Of a stretch of 64,000 nt of DNA, positions 36,791 through 50,000 are shown one piece after another (the stretch's first letter is position 1; each line of letters opens with the position of its first letter). Below the pieces are notes generated by a model. That model saw only the letters and a program-made list of their open reading frames with translations, did not search any database and was not told where the DNA came from. The stretch is from Lingula anatina (lineage: Eukaryota > Animalia > Brachiopoda). A program made the position numbers and the translations under genes. The stretch covers positions 7,994,587 through 8,058,586 of the forward strand of contig CM120648.1 of NCBI GenBank assembly GCA_051362555.1, read 5' to 3'.

Positions 36791-39700
36791 TTATTCCGAG
36801 TCATTTTTGAGGTACTGGACCACGTGCACGATGCCCTTGTATTCCACAACCGCCAACTGACCTTTGGAATTGACCGCTACGGCCACGGGCTGCTCAAGGC
36901 CGGGAATATCCACCTACAATATAAATGCATATTTACTCCAATGGAAATAATTAATAAAAACTACAAATTTCTTTTTCATTCTGAGTCTCTCGTCTAACTT
37001 CAAAAAGGTTGGAAACGAAAATGTCCATAATTATGGCCCCTATCGCAGAAAAAAAAAACAAGGCAGCAAAGCTGTCAAATGTACAGACAAAAAGCAGACA
37101 ATAACAATGCACAAAACAAGCTACTGTCAATTCTGATGCAAAAGTACATTATGCTTAACTGCAGATTCAACATCAAATTTTAATTATGCTCAACAGGTAA
37201 TACCAATGTAAGTGAAATGTGTAACAAGCGTAAGGCTTCAGGCCCATGGGAGTTTAAGTTCACACTTTGAAAATGCCAGAATGAGAAAAATGAAAATTTC
37301 ACATAAAACTGCTTAAATTCAATAATAAATGATAACCCATTTGAGCTGGCTTTCTAATTTGAACTGCATGCCAATCCTACAAATCATACTTGTAAGTTGA
37401 AAATAATAATAAGTAACATAGTTTTCTTTTCATAATGTTTGTAGTAGCAGTGCAAAAAGATTTTTGTCAATTTTGATGTAACATTACATAATAAATTACA
37501 GAATAATTATCACCAATTTTTGATTATTGACTATAAATAGCATGGACATGTAGAAAATTTGATTACCATTTGGCTTCATGTCCATGGGAGCTTCGAGTCC
37601 CACAATGAATATGCCAACATGATAAAAATGAATATTTCACTAAAATGTATAACTTCCAGAAAAAGAAGCCAATTAGACTGCTTTTCCAACTCAGGCTGCA
37701 TTTTAGTCCTTTGTTTCTTTTTTGAAAGTTTGACAATCATAAGTAACATGGTTTTCCCATAATGGTCATCATGGCAGCAGCACCCAAAATTGTGTTTTCT
37801 TCTATTTTAATGCAATATTACATAATGCTTAACAGCATAATGACCATCAGTTTTTAATAATAAAAGATCCTTATCGTGGATTTTCAGAAAATGTGATTAG
37901 CATGGGTCTTCAAGCTCGTGGAGGTTCTAAGTCACACCTTGAAAATGCCAATATGTGAAAAATTAAATTTTCACAAAAAACTGATTAACTGCCAGAAAAA
38001 TTTTCCAAATAGTCTGCATTGCCCACTGAAGCTTTATTTAAGTCCCATGTTTCTTCCTGTAAGTTTGAGAACAGTAAGTGACATGGTTTTCCTTAAATGG
38101 TCATCATGGGAGCATTGTCCAAAATAGGGGTGTCTTCAAATTTTGATGCACTATTACATAATGTTTAACAGGATAATTACCATCAATTTTTAATAATAAA
38201 ATATTAGTATCATGGATATTCAGAAAATGTTCCTAGCAAAGGTCTTCAGGCCAAACGAACTTCAAAGTCACACCTTGAAAATGCCAAAATGTAGACAAGA
38301 CAGCACTGTCCTGAAATGTGTTTTTTTCCATTTTTAACAATTTTTAACATATAACAAAATTAACAATTTACTGCCATTTATATATGATCAACTAAGAAAA
38401 TTGATGAGATGGGAAAAATATCAATAGAACAGTGTTTAATGTCCAATTTCCTCCATTCTGAGTTTCTGAACATGGTCAATGAATGAATCTGACAAACTGC
38501 AATGATATGAGTTTATTTCCATTTTTGAAACACTATTATACAATACATGATAACAAGTTTACCATCATTTTTACATAATCAACTAACAATGTTGTAAAGA
38601 TGCAGGAAATGTCAAACAAACACTTTTACGAATCTTATTAGTTAAATAATGAGACTGTTAACATGCCTAAGAATTGAATCTGAGGAAATGTGAAAAAACA
38701 GCATAACTTATTAAATAATGGCCCGATTATGCTGATTTTCGAACTTGACCTACGTTTTAGTAAGATTGATTACCACTGTGAGTTTCATGACAACAGGTCT
38801 ATCGGTTTTCCTTGAAATGTGTTAACAGTGTTGCACATATGCTGAAAAGTGAAAAAAACAGCATAACTACTAAAATAGTGGCCCGATCATGCCGATTTTC
38901 GAACTTGACCTGCGTTTTAGTAAGATTGATTACCCCTATGAGTTTCATGACAACAGGTCTATCGGATTTTATTGAAATGTGTTAACGATGTTGCATATAT
39001 GCTGAAAAGTGAAAAAAAAGCATAACTTCTACAATAATGGCCCGATCATGCTTATTTTCGAACTTGACCTGCGCTTTATGAATACTCATCAGCTCTGTAA
39101 ATATAAAGCCAAAAAGTAAAACTGTCTTCCACTTATGGTGTTAATGCTGAAAGTGCAGGGCAACAGTGACGGCGACATGATCGACGACGGCGACGACAGG
39201 CGCAGGTGATGGCAATATGTACATACATATCTGTGTCTGTACATAATAAAATATATGTATCATGGATTTTCAGAAAATGTGACTAGTATGGGTCTTCAAG
39301 CCCGTGGAGGTTCTTAGTCACACCTTGAAAATGCCAATATGTGAAAAATTAAATTTTCACAAAAAACTGATTAACTGCCAAAAAAATTTACCAAATAGTC
39401 TGCATTGCCCACTGAAGCTTTATTTAAGTCCCATGTTTCTTCCAGTAAGTTTGAGAACAGTAAGTGACATGGTTTTCCTTAAATGGTCATCATGGGAGCA
39501 GTGTCCAAAATAGGGGTGTCTTCAAATTTTGATGCACTATTACATAATGTTTAACAGGATAATTACCATCAATTTTTAATAATAAAATATTAGTATCATG
39601 GATATTCAGAAAATGTTCCTAGCAAAGGTCTTCAGGCCAAACGAACTTCAAAGTCACACCTTGAAAATGCCAAAATGTAGACAAGACAGCACTGTCCTGA

Positions 39701-42700
39701 AATGTGTTTTTTTCCATTTTTAACAATTTTTTAACATATAACAAAATTAACAATTTACTGCCATTTATATATGATCAACTAAGAAAATTGATGAGATGGG
39801 AAATATATCAATAGAACAGTGTTTAATGTCCAATTTCCTCCATTCTGAGTTTCTGAACATGGTCAATGAATGAATCTGACAAACTGCAATGATATGAGTT
39901 TATTTCCATTTTTGAAACACTATTATACAATACATGATAACAAGTTTACCATCATTTTTACATAATCAACTAACAATGTTGTAAAGATGCAGGAAATGTC
40001 AAACAAACACTTTTACGAATCTTATTAGTTAAATAATGAGACTGTTAACATGCCTAAGAATTGAATCTGAGGAAATGTGAAAAAACAGCATAACTTATTA
40101 AATAATGGCCCGATTATGCTGATTTTCGAACTTGACCTACGTTTTAGTAAGATTGATTACCACTGTGAGTTTCATGACAACAGGTCTATCGGTTTTCCTT
40201 GAAATGTGTTAACAGTGTTGCACATATGCTGAAAAGTGAAAAAAACAGCATAACTACTAAAATAGTGGCCCGATCATGCCGATTTTCGAACTTGACCTGC
40301 GTTTTAGTAAGATTGATTACCCCTATGAGTTTCATGACAACAGGTCTATCGGATTTTATTGAAATGTGTTAACGATGTTGCATATATGCTGAAAAGTGAA
40401 AAAAAAGCATAACTTCTACAATAATGGCCCGATCATGCTTATTTTCGAACTTGACCTGCGCTTTATGAATACTCATCAGCTCTGTAAATATAAAGCCAAA
40501 AAGTAAAACTGTCTTCCACTTATGGTGTTAATGCTGAAAGTGCAGGGCAACAGTGACGGCGACATGATCGACGACGGCGACGACAGGCGCAGGTGATGGC
40601 AATATGTACATACATATCTGTGTCTGTACATAATAAAATATATGTATCATGGATTTTCAGAAAATGTGACTAGTATGGGTCTTCAAGCCCGTGGAGGTTC
40701 TTAGTCACACCTTGAAAATGCCAATATGTGAAAAATTAAATTTTCACAAAAAACTGATTAACTGCCAAAAAAATTTACCAAATAGTCTGCATTGCCCACT
40801 GAAGCTTTATTTAAGTCCCATGTTTCTTCCAGTAAGTTTGAGAACAGTAAGTGACATGGTTTTCCTTAAATGGTCATCATGGGAGCAGTGTCCAAAAAAG
40901 GGGTGTCTTCAAATTTTGATGCACTATTACATAATGTTTAACAGGATAATTACCATCAATTTTTAATAATAAAATATTAGTATCATGGATATTCAGAAAA
41001 TGTTCCTAGCAAAGGTCTTCAGGCCAAACGAACTTCAAAGTCACACCTTGAAAATGCCAAAATGTAGACAAGACAGCACTGTCCTGAAATGTGTTTTTTT
41101 CCATTTTTAACAATTTTTTAACATATAACAAAATTAACAATTTACTGCCATTTATATATGATCAACTAAGAAAATTGATGAGATGGGAAATATATCAATA
41201 GAACAGTGTTTAATGTCCAATTTCCTCCATTCTGAGTTTCTGAACATGGTCAATGAATGAATCTGACAAACTGCAATGATATGAGTTTATTTCCATTTTT
41301 GAAACACTATTATACAATACATGATAACAAGTTTACCATCATTTTTACATAATCAACTAACAATGTTGTAAAGATGCAGGAAATGTCAAACAAACACTTT
41401 TACGAATCTTATTAGTTAAATAATGAGACTGTTAACATGCCTAAGAATTGAATCTGAGGAAATGTGAAAAAACAGCATAACTTATTAAATAATGGCCCGA
41501 TTATGCTGATTTTCGAACTTGACCTACGTTTTAGTAAGATTGATTACCACTGTGAGTTTCATGACAACAGGTCTATCGGTTTTCCTTGAAATGTGTTAAC
41601 AGTGTTGCACATATGCTGAAAAGTGAAAAAAACAGCATAACTACTAAAATAGTGGCCCGATCATGCCGATTTTCGAACTTGACCTGCGTTTTAGTAAGAT
41701 TAATTACTCCTGTGAGTTTCATGACAACAGGTCTATCGGATTTTATTGAAATGTGTTAACGATGTTGCATATATGCTAAAAAGTGAAAACACAGCATAAA
41801 TACTACAATAATTGCCCAAACATGCTGATTTTCGAACTTGACCTGCGTTTTATGAATATTCATCAGCTCTGTAAATATAAAGCCAAAAAGTAAAACTGTC
41901 TTCCACTTATCGTGTTAACGATGAAAGTGCACGGCGACGGCGACGGCGACGGCGACATCGACGGCGACAGGGACAGCGACAGGGACGGCGACGGCGACGA
42001 CAGACGCAGGTGATGGCAATATGTACAGACACATCTGTGTCTGTACATAATTACCAAAAACTCACAAAAAAGCAAAGATTTTTTTCCGCAAGTAATAAAT
42101 ATCTAAAATTAAGAATCAGAAAAAAAACTTGACCATTTGCAGTTGTTAAAGTAAAAAATACCATAACGTTGATTTATACAGCTTGTCAACATTCCCACCA
42201 ATCACATCTCCATATTTACCTCTTTAAAAAAGCTGCAATCAGGATGTAACTGCACCACTCGACCGTTTTCTGAGTCGGCGATGAACAGGTGACCACGACG
42301 ATCGACGCAGATCCCGCGCGGGAATTTCAATTCTCCTATCCCCGAGCCGGCTTGCTGACTTTTGCTTCCATATCTCATTAGAGGCTCCCCATGGACGCCT
42401 AAACCGATGATCTGGTGCCCGTGGGAGTCGGAGACGAAGACTGTATCATTAGTGGGACTGACAGCGATGTCCATTGGGTAACTACACTGAGCCAGCGATA
42501 TGACGGTTTTGTATGAGCCGCCCGGTTCGAAGATAAACAAGCACTTGCTGTGCACGTCACACACCAGTATTTCTCCCCGGCTGTTGGTTGCTACTCCCCA
42601 AGGTTTTTTAACCTTGTCTTCTCCTATAGATTTGATTAGCAGTTCAGTTTTCGGCATGAAAATGTCTACCTTTCCACGAGGGTTTTTGAAGAGGTTGTCG

Positions 42701-44361
42701 TAAAAGTTCGCTTTGCTGTTATCTGATATTACGACATGGCCTTTCTTCAAGATGGCGATTCCTGCCGGCCAGTTTGCTGTCAACTTCATTTCTGATTTTA
42801 AATGTCCCGTGTGGGCAAAAAGCTTCATCTTTTTGTTCCCTTCGTCGGTGATGTAAATATCCCCATTCTCATCAATAGCACAGCCGTACAATCGACACGA
42901 CTTTTCCTTCGGCATCCGTGCGTTGAAAGTACATGTAACCCCTAGCCCTCCTGGCGGCGCAGTGACATCGGGCGTCTCTCGACGACTGGAGAAGCTAGCT
43001 CTGTCTTCATCGGGGCTCTCGTGATTTGGTGGCTGCCACTGAGAATTCGGTAGAGGAACTTTAGGCGTGGGAATGTCGATTGGTTCGGTCAACGTGCTAG
43101 AGCTGCTCTCGATTTCGTCCTGAACTCTGTAACTTTCAGGCAGTGAACTCTGGGAACCTTCTTTTCTACCATCATGAAGTACGCCTAGCAAATTTGCAAT
43201 GTTATTTGACGTTGGTTGCTTAGGTACGAAGGTGACGTCAATTTCGGCCCTCTCCGGAGCACCGCTTGTCTTTAACAAAGTCAGCTCGCGAAGTTTCTTC
43301 TTCAGCGCTTTGGCGTGTGTCATAATTACTGGCTCGCTGCCGTATTTTAGCAGCTTCTCAGTGAACTCTATCACATCATTGATTTTGGTTTGATTTTTCT
43401 CGAAAAGTTCCTTATCTTTGCGTATCTGCTCCATTCTGCTACCGAAATGCTGGTCCACTTTGTTACACAGGCGCTGGCACTCAACGTCAATCATCGCTTT
43501 GAGGTTGTCAGCCTCGGTCTGAATCTCGTCTTTCTGGCGGCGAATTTTTTCTTCACATATCTCGAGCTGATGTTGACAGTCTCCTCCCGAGTGTTCCGAC
43601 TGGTAGGCCAGTTTGATTCCTTCGCTCACCAAAGTGGATATTTTCCCCTTTGTATTTTCAATTATCGCGCCCTTGATGTCGAGAACCGTGTGCGGTTTGT
43701 GTTTGGTGACGCTACAGTCGCGACAGACGACACAGCCGTCTTCTTCGCAGTAAAACTTCAATTCTTCCCCTCGGTGGATTTCGCAGACAAGCGCTTCTTT
43801 TAATGACTCCTCTGTTATAAACCCAGTGGCGTCGGCAGCCGATATAAATCGGTGTCCTTTCAGTGGTTTCATGCTGTCGTGCTTGGCTCTGCATTCGGGG
43901 CAATAATGCGCTCCACATTCTATACAGTACTGAACATTCTCCGTGCCGCCATCTTGGCAACTGTCTGGGTAGTTGCCGCAGTGGGAATCAACGGCTTTCT
44001 TTCTTGCCGCTGCTGCCTGCACTTTCTGCAGGAATATATTTTGGGGAAATTCACCCTTCTCTGTGCCGTCCCCACGGGGAACTGGGGTCGAGACTCCGCA
44101 CGTAGGACACGGAAATTCCACTATAGGGGGTCTCGATGTGTGAGCTCTTCGAGGGGACGATCCCTCGGTGAGAGAGAAGTACTCTGAAGGTCGATACCCC
44201 GTGTGTTTTATCAGGCAAGAGGCGCAAAACGAGTGGAAACACGGAAGAACACGTGGGTCAGTATATTCGTTGGAGCAAAGTTTGCAATTCAGAATACCTT
44301 TTTCAAGTGCTGTTGTGAACGCATGGCCATCAAACACGCTGCTACTCGACGCCGTTGCCAT
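36791..44361 (-). CDS. TRIM-NHL paralog; exons 44361-42220 and 36913-36791
   Basis: Long ORF with RING, B-boxes, coiled coil and NHL repeats matching the 853-aa neighbour; donor AAAGAG|gtaaat at 42219 and acceptor tgtag| at 36914 add VDIPGLEQPVAVAVNSKGQLAVVEYKGIVHVVQYLKNDSE*, which aligns with GLKQPVAIATNSKGILVVADWNGNVRVFRYLNDS of the paralog. Confidence 0.9.
37057..42050 (+). mobile_element. Non-autonomous Helentron-type (HINE/pearl-like) element, about 5 kb, inside the TRIM intron
   Basis: Starts AACAAG after a poly-A run, subterminal atgtacagaca at 37079, about 160-bp core repeats with cgaacttgacct, (GACGGC)n microsatellite, 3' palindrome atgtacagacac-atct-gtgtctgtacat; classification is by structural analogy. 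Confidence 0.65.
37872..42050. repeat. Three tandem copies of a 1386-1387 bp unit, each with nested repeats of about 160 bp
   Basis: Matching spurious ORFs start at 37918, 39304 and 40691; units are near identical. Confidence 0.95.
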
Positions 44362-46064
44362 TCTCAATTAAATATCAAATATAATTGTGCTATATTATAT
44401 GGCAGTTCCTCTTACCAGCTTAATGTGAACCACAGGTACTCCCGCGGTCATGTACGAATTTTAGATAGAGACAGTCTATGCAATAATCTATATCACGGGT
44501 ATAGATTACACATATGGGTCCTTATCAGTTTGACGTGCTTTTACTTATCTGGGAAGTCTTTATAATCTCTCATACCCGGCTGCAAAATGTCCACTTTCGC
44601 ATTTACCTTGGTTATACATACGTGTATGCCGGTCACACGCACATAAGTTCTGGCTAATCAGACAGTCCCAGAGCTGCTGTACATTCTCTTTTCCTGTCAA
44701 TCTTTCAGACCTGCTTTTCCTGAGTCCTGCTGTACAGAACTGTCCATAGTATTAAACTGCGGGAAGTACCCGGTAAGACCGTAATGTCAGTTAAACTTAA
44801 ATACAGTATGTACGCCTTGAATCAAGTCACTGCAAACAAATAAATGCTCTCGGCTTGAAATATATATATATATAGCGTATACAACGAGGTCGAGTAGTTT
44901 CCCCAATGCGAAATTGTTAACTACTACATTCTTTCGAAGCGCTGGGATTTCCGATCTATATTTAGCCTGCTGTAAATTCCCCTTACTAGCAACTTTCCAT
45001 TGGAAAGATCCCTTCCTGGAATTCTATTGTTCTTCAGTGCTGTTGGTCTCCACTTCTGCTCATATCGCAACCCACCACGACTCCATTATAATTCAACATC
45101 GACTTGCCAGCCCTGGGTTGCAAGTTTTGACAATAAAGAGAACAAATAGCTGACAACGAAAATACGTGTTGAAAATAGACGCTATGCTTTACACTGGTGC
45201 ATATTCGCTTCAGCCTGCATGTCATTTTCTACAACCCGGAAGTGACCCAAGTTGCACTTAATCCGTCTTCTTTGTCATGGCAGGTGACTTCTAACTGTAT
45301 TTTACAAATCGCTGATGACCTAATTTTGAAAATCCCGTATTATGATACCAATAGAACGTGATGGTATTATCTATTAAGTCTAAGTGGGTTTTAATCGGTT
45401 GTTCAAGGCTAACTGTTTACTTTGCAGTGTGCTGGGGTAAAAGAGCACAACGAATATGTAGGTCACACTAGCTGTTGATATACTTATGACCCGACCGATA
45501 ATGTAAGCTATAAGTGCACATCGGTTCTATCAATTCTGTTTTGAAGTCAGACAGGGAGACTCGACATTCAGTGCTAAGGGTTAACCCGACAAAAGAAATG
45601 GAGTAACATAAAATCAAAACAAAACAAACAAACTCTCTCTCTCTCTCTCTCACCTCCGTTCACATATTTTTATTTTGATATCCGAGGAGTTTAACCTGGC
45701 AAACAGAATATAGTAGAAAAAAAAATCTCGCTTTTTCGCACTCTTTCACACACACTCCGATACTGTACACTCTTTCTCTGAACACCGCTGTATGTAGGTC
45801 TACGTACGTAACTTACGGTATATTACTATGTAAAATATTTATTTTAAAATAAATTTATATAGATTTAGCACTTAGCTTTGTTACCTTGAGGCTAATTTTC
45901 ATCATAAAATACAGCTTTCTACAGTGACAACATTTTGACTTACTAGTATTTCAGATTAGCATGTAAAACTGACGACAAAAGACACAATTGTCAACTTGAG
46001 GATAAGCAAAAATTTTGCTATTCATCAATTTGCATTAAATTTCATTGACAATTTCTAGGGAATT

Positions 46065-46790
46065 TCACACGTAAAATTCTAAACATCCATTTTCTTCACA
46101 CGTCTTTACTGGACCGCCGTATAGGACCTCTCTTGGGTCATTCGTGTGGCTTCCCTGAAAACAAAATCCTGTTAAATAAGAATTTACATCCTCGTCATAG
46201 AAAAACATTTTGATTAGTCTGAAACTTTGCTGGCAAAAACGGCATTTAAAATTGGCACCACTCGCATCTTGGCTTCTCTTGTCCACGTGACTGTTTGGAT
46301 GACGTAATGCGCATGACGTCACTAAGTTACTGTGGGGATTAAAGTTTTTATGGCACCGCACACAGTGTGCATCTTTGGTAGCTGGGAAAGATTTTTGTGG
46401 TAATAATATACTGAGAGCCACGATTGTTTTACTTTCCTTCTTTCGAAGAGTATTGATCAGGATTTGTTTCAGTTCTGTCGGGTCTATATTTTGTAGCAGA
46501 TCTGTCAGACGAACATAGTCGTTGGAGAGTTGTGCGAAACGTAACACCGATGTGTCTTTCGGAGTTGGAGAAAGTTTTTTCTTCCCTTGTAGCACTCCTA
46601 AGAATTGCTTTCGAATCTGTTCGTGAACATCACTGGGGAAACTATCTGGTGATTGCATAGAACCTCCGCTCTCGCGATCAAAGTCGGTATTGTTTTGTCC
46701 TCTCGATTTTGACTGTCTCCAGTCTTCGTTACTTCCTCGAGGGCTTGAATGGTTTGATCCGTCTGTTGAATCAGTGAAAACTTGCTCCAT
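46065..46790 (-). CDS. Uncharacterised 241-aa protein with a C-terminal Cys/His-rich, probably zinc-binding domain
   Basis: Acceptor catatttcag precedes tcaaaATG; open frame with Ser-rich N-terminus, helical middle and HCVRCH..N..C..H..CRFC..FCFQGSHT.D..C...GC; extra upstream coding exons cannot be excluded. Confidence 0.75.
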   Translation of the reverse strand: MEQVFTDSTDGSNHSSPRGSNEDWRQSKSRGQNNTDFDRESGGSMQSPDSFPSDVHEQIRKQFLGVLQGKKKLSPTPKDTSVLRFAQLSNDYVRLTDLLQNIDPTELKQILINTLRKKESKTIVALSILLPQKSFPATKDAHCVRCHKNFNPHSNLVTSCALRHPNSHVDKRSQDASGANFKCRFCQQSFRLIKMFFYDEDVNSYLTGFCFQGSHTNDPREVLYGGPVKTCEENGCLEFYV

Positions 46791-46985
46791 TTTGACTGAA
46801 ATATGAAAAAAATATGTATCATATCTGCCATTCTGTATGATGAAGCATAGGACCACACAATTCATAACACAGTCCGAGGCTTGCCCTAGGCCTGTCAACC
46901 AAACACCAGTCATTCTGATTACAGACGTCGCCACCATCTATACAATAACACGCACTCTCCTCTCTCTCTTTCCACATATTTTTCT

Positions 46986-46986
<1 letters not shown>

Positions 46987-47046
<60 letters not shown>
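46987..47046. repeat. (CA)n(GA)n compound microsatellite
   Basis: Directly visible. Confidence 0.95.
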
Positions 47047-47048
<2 letters not shown>

Positions 47049-48812
47049 CTACACATACTCTTATTACAGAACCTGGAATTGTTTCTTCATCAGAGCGTCA
47101 GAGTGACTTGCGCCAGTCACCCTAAGAGGAAATAATACACATAAACCTTCGTGTCAGTGCCATTAAACAACTGTTAGAGCGCCTACATGGAAGCCAATTT
47201 TGGGTCCTAGCCCAGTTAGGCACCTTGGTCACGTTGGTAGACAGGTAGGCTAAGTAATCTCATCCCAAGACGTGGCTCACATGGTGTGGTACAATATTAG
47301 GCCTACCCTGCATCATATGGTCAGGAGGATTTTGAGACTTTGGCCACCTATAATTTTACGGGTAGATCTAGCCGTTATTAAAACCCTGTGGGTATGAAGA
47401 GTGAAACCTTTCGTCGATCAAGATAGAGGAACTGATCTTGCCAATGTTGATGAAATGTCACACGGGCAAAACCACGGTACTGGGCAGAAAACCAAAACCA
47501 ATGAAACTAAGGCGGTATGAGTAGAGACGTTATTCCTCGCAGCAAATATCTAATAACACGTCAATATTAATAATGCTGGATCAAATACAAGTCGTCAACG
47601 GTTGCACAAAGTATTCAATAATCCGAATAGTACCGTTATAAACATAGACAAATAACAGCTTATACTTCCTAGGGAACATCTCAGTCTCATTGGGCATTCA
47701 ATGAAAAGGCTCACCTTTAAGACTGCATTCCCACAAATTTAGATCAATCCATTTGCTCTTGATGTCATTTACAAAAAAAAAAAAAAAGACAGAAATTCGT
47801 TCTTTGAAAATCTGGAGTAAAGGGTCCCCACATTCCTTATTTGATTACTTAAACAATTTAACAGTCCTCATTGAAATGCCTACCTTGGGGCTTGACTTCA
47901 AATTTGATCTTTGATTTCTTGTTGTGTTTTCCGCCTTACCCTGCTTACTGTAACGATTTATTTAGTGTATAACAGTCCTAATTAGTGATCGTAAGGGTCA
48001 ATTCAAACGATCTTATAATTGAAATGAGCTGACACTTTGTGTGTGACATAAGACACCTTTTAATAATTGAAGGTTATATGTAACAGCGTGATACGTAATC
48101 AATGACGTGCAGAGTACAGCTGTATCACTTATGAGTGGAAGTTGTTCAATTCATTATTGGTGTTAGATCTGTTAACAACTCAGTTATTTGAAACATTGTG
48201 CTGGTGCATCTGTGCACCCCATTAGACAGCTCGTGCTACGAATTGAGCAATCGGCCTCCCCCTGTTATAATACACAGACATAATTTATTGCATTTCCTAT
48301 ATGAAAATAATAAGATAGGAAGAGCGCATCTGTTGATATTGATCTGTTACCTGACTATGCTCTCGTCGTTTTCATAAAACCTACCCAAGCAAACACTTAA
48401 AATTCTGAAGATCTCAAAAATAAAACACTTCACCTACCTACGGTGGATACACGTGTTTTCTGTTCAGATACATAGGCGATGATTGCTCAAGCGAAAGGGA
48501 TATAAAATATCATTCATTAATTTCTACCTTGTATCATCATCGCCTAGTCTATCAAACCACTAGAGCGAATGAATGGGGAAGAAAGGAAAATATCTCACCT
48601 TGTTTGTTTTCTTAGAAGCTTATACCCTGCTTGGAATGCGCAATGGTTTATCTGTGTCACGATCATGTGCGTGTGCTTATACAATTGCGTTTTTGTCAGC
48701 AGGAAAATGAAAATTTGTATCGATTTTGTTTTCATAAGACAGTAGACTGCCTGCCGTTTTCTGCATATCTAAGCAAGGAAAATCGACCTGAAGAAAAAGA
48801 GCACTCGACTTA

Positions 48813-48987
48813 GGTCGCATTCGGAACCGTGGACTAACTAGTCCGTGAGTCAGATATAGCGACCTACTAAAAAGTTTGCCGTGCAATCCGCTTATAGACA
48901 CTGAATAGATTCCCCGTGGAGAAGTATTCAAGTGGGTCTGCCATATTTGACCCTCGAACTAGTTAGTCCACTGTTCTGAATGCGGCC
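48813..48987. mobile_element. PIF/Harbinger (Tourist-like) MITE
   Basis: tta|ggtcgcattcggaaccgtggactaactagt ... actagttagtccactgttctgaatgcggcc|tta; TIRs of about 50 bp and 3-bp TTA duplication. Confidence 0.75.
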
Positions 48988-49774
48988 TTAAATGCATTTT
49001 AGCATTACATACGCCCAGAATTAAACTGACAAATGTCAACTTGTGTCGTTATCAAAAGGTCATTAGATACTGTAAAAAAGTGTAAATTATCGATTATGCT
49101 GATCGTACGTCAGTGAAGAACAGTGAAGAACTGAGATAGTCTCCTTGGGATTCATCTGTCATTGCCTTCACCTGGGGCTTAAAAAACCTAGACAAATAAA
49201 TGGAATCTGGGGAGAACAAACATAGGGCCAAAATAATAATTAAAAAAAAACAAAAAAAACAGTTCATGGTTTGAGGGGGCCTTGGGGGTGCAAAACGGAT
49301 TTTCTATGGGAAGCTGCTAAACAAACACACCCATGTTTCAGTTAAAAATCTTTTTTGTCCGGAAGTAAACAAAATGCAAATGCAGGGAACTGACTGTAGA
49401 TTTTTTTGTGCGTGTTTGTATGTGTGTGTGTGTCTGTGTGTGTGCATGTGTGTAAGAAACTAAGGTCTTTGGAAACGTCAATTTGCTGTAATAGGCCTAA
49501 CTCGGAAATGTCAAGTCCTCAGGTTCCGCTATTGCGGTAACGAGTATGTATTTAAACTAAAAACTGTGCAGGTGCTCGCTCACATTAGAAAATGGCCAGG
49601 GTCTTGAACAGGCCTTGAAGATAAAATTCTCACCAATTCCACTCCTAAAAACAGCTTATCTTAATTCCTATTTTTCGGGGGAGTGGGGATGGGGGTTAAA
49701 AAGACATACTTCAGGGTATGTATACGTATGTCACTCTGCAACTCCCGTGTTTTATGCAGACACACAATCAATTA

Positions 49775-50000
49775 GACCCCATTCCCATAGATTTTAGATC
49801 GATCTATCCCTGTGGAGAGTCTCACTAGATTACGGTCAGCTTAGCCGGCTTAAGCGTCTGTCCCGCCTACTGAAAGCTGTAAGGGAGTAATTAACTATGG
49901 TGCGCGCTCGGCTGACTGTAATATAGCGTGAACCCCCAGGGAGTTAGGTCGATCTAAATCTTAATCTCTGGATCGATCTAAATCTCTGGGAATGCACCCC
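49775..50000 (+). mobile_element. PIF/Harbinger-like MITE, copy A
   Basis: TIRs cattcccatagattttagatcgatc / gatcgatctaaatctctgggaatg; reverse-complement copy at 60958-61183. Confidence 0.8.

Noticed and set aside
37918-40966. Three repeated 69-91 aa ORFs (MEVLSHTLK...)
   Set aside because: GTG-started, no motif, simply a by-product of the 1387-bp tandem repeat
38690-41870. Regularly spaced cgaacttgacct repeats as a CRISPR-like array
   Set aside because: The intervening sequences are themselves homologous (about 160-bp tandem units), no cas genes, eukaryotic context
42202-42219. Second TRIM-NHL gene as a truncated pseudogene
   Set aside because: A splice donor and a matching terminal exon at 36913-36791 complete the NHL domain
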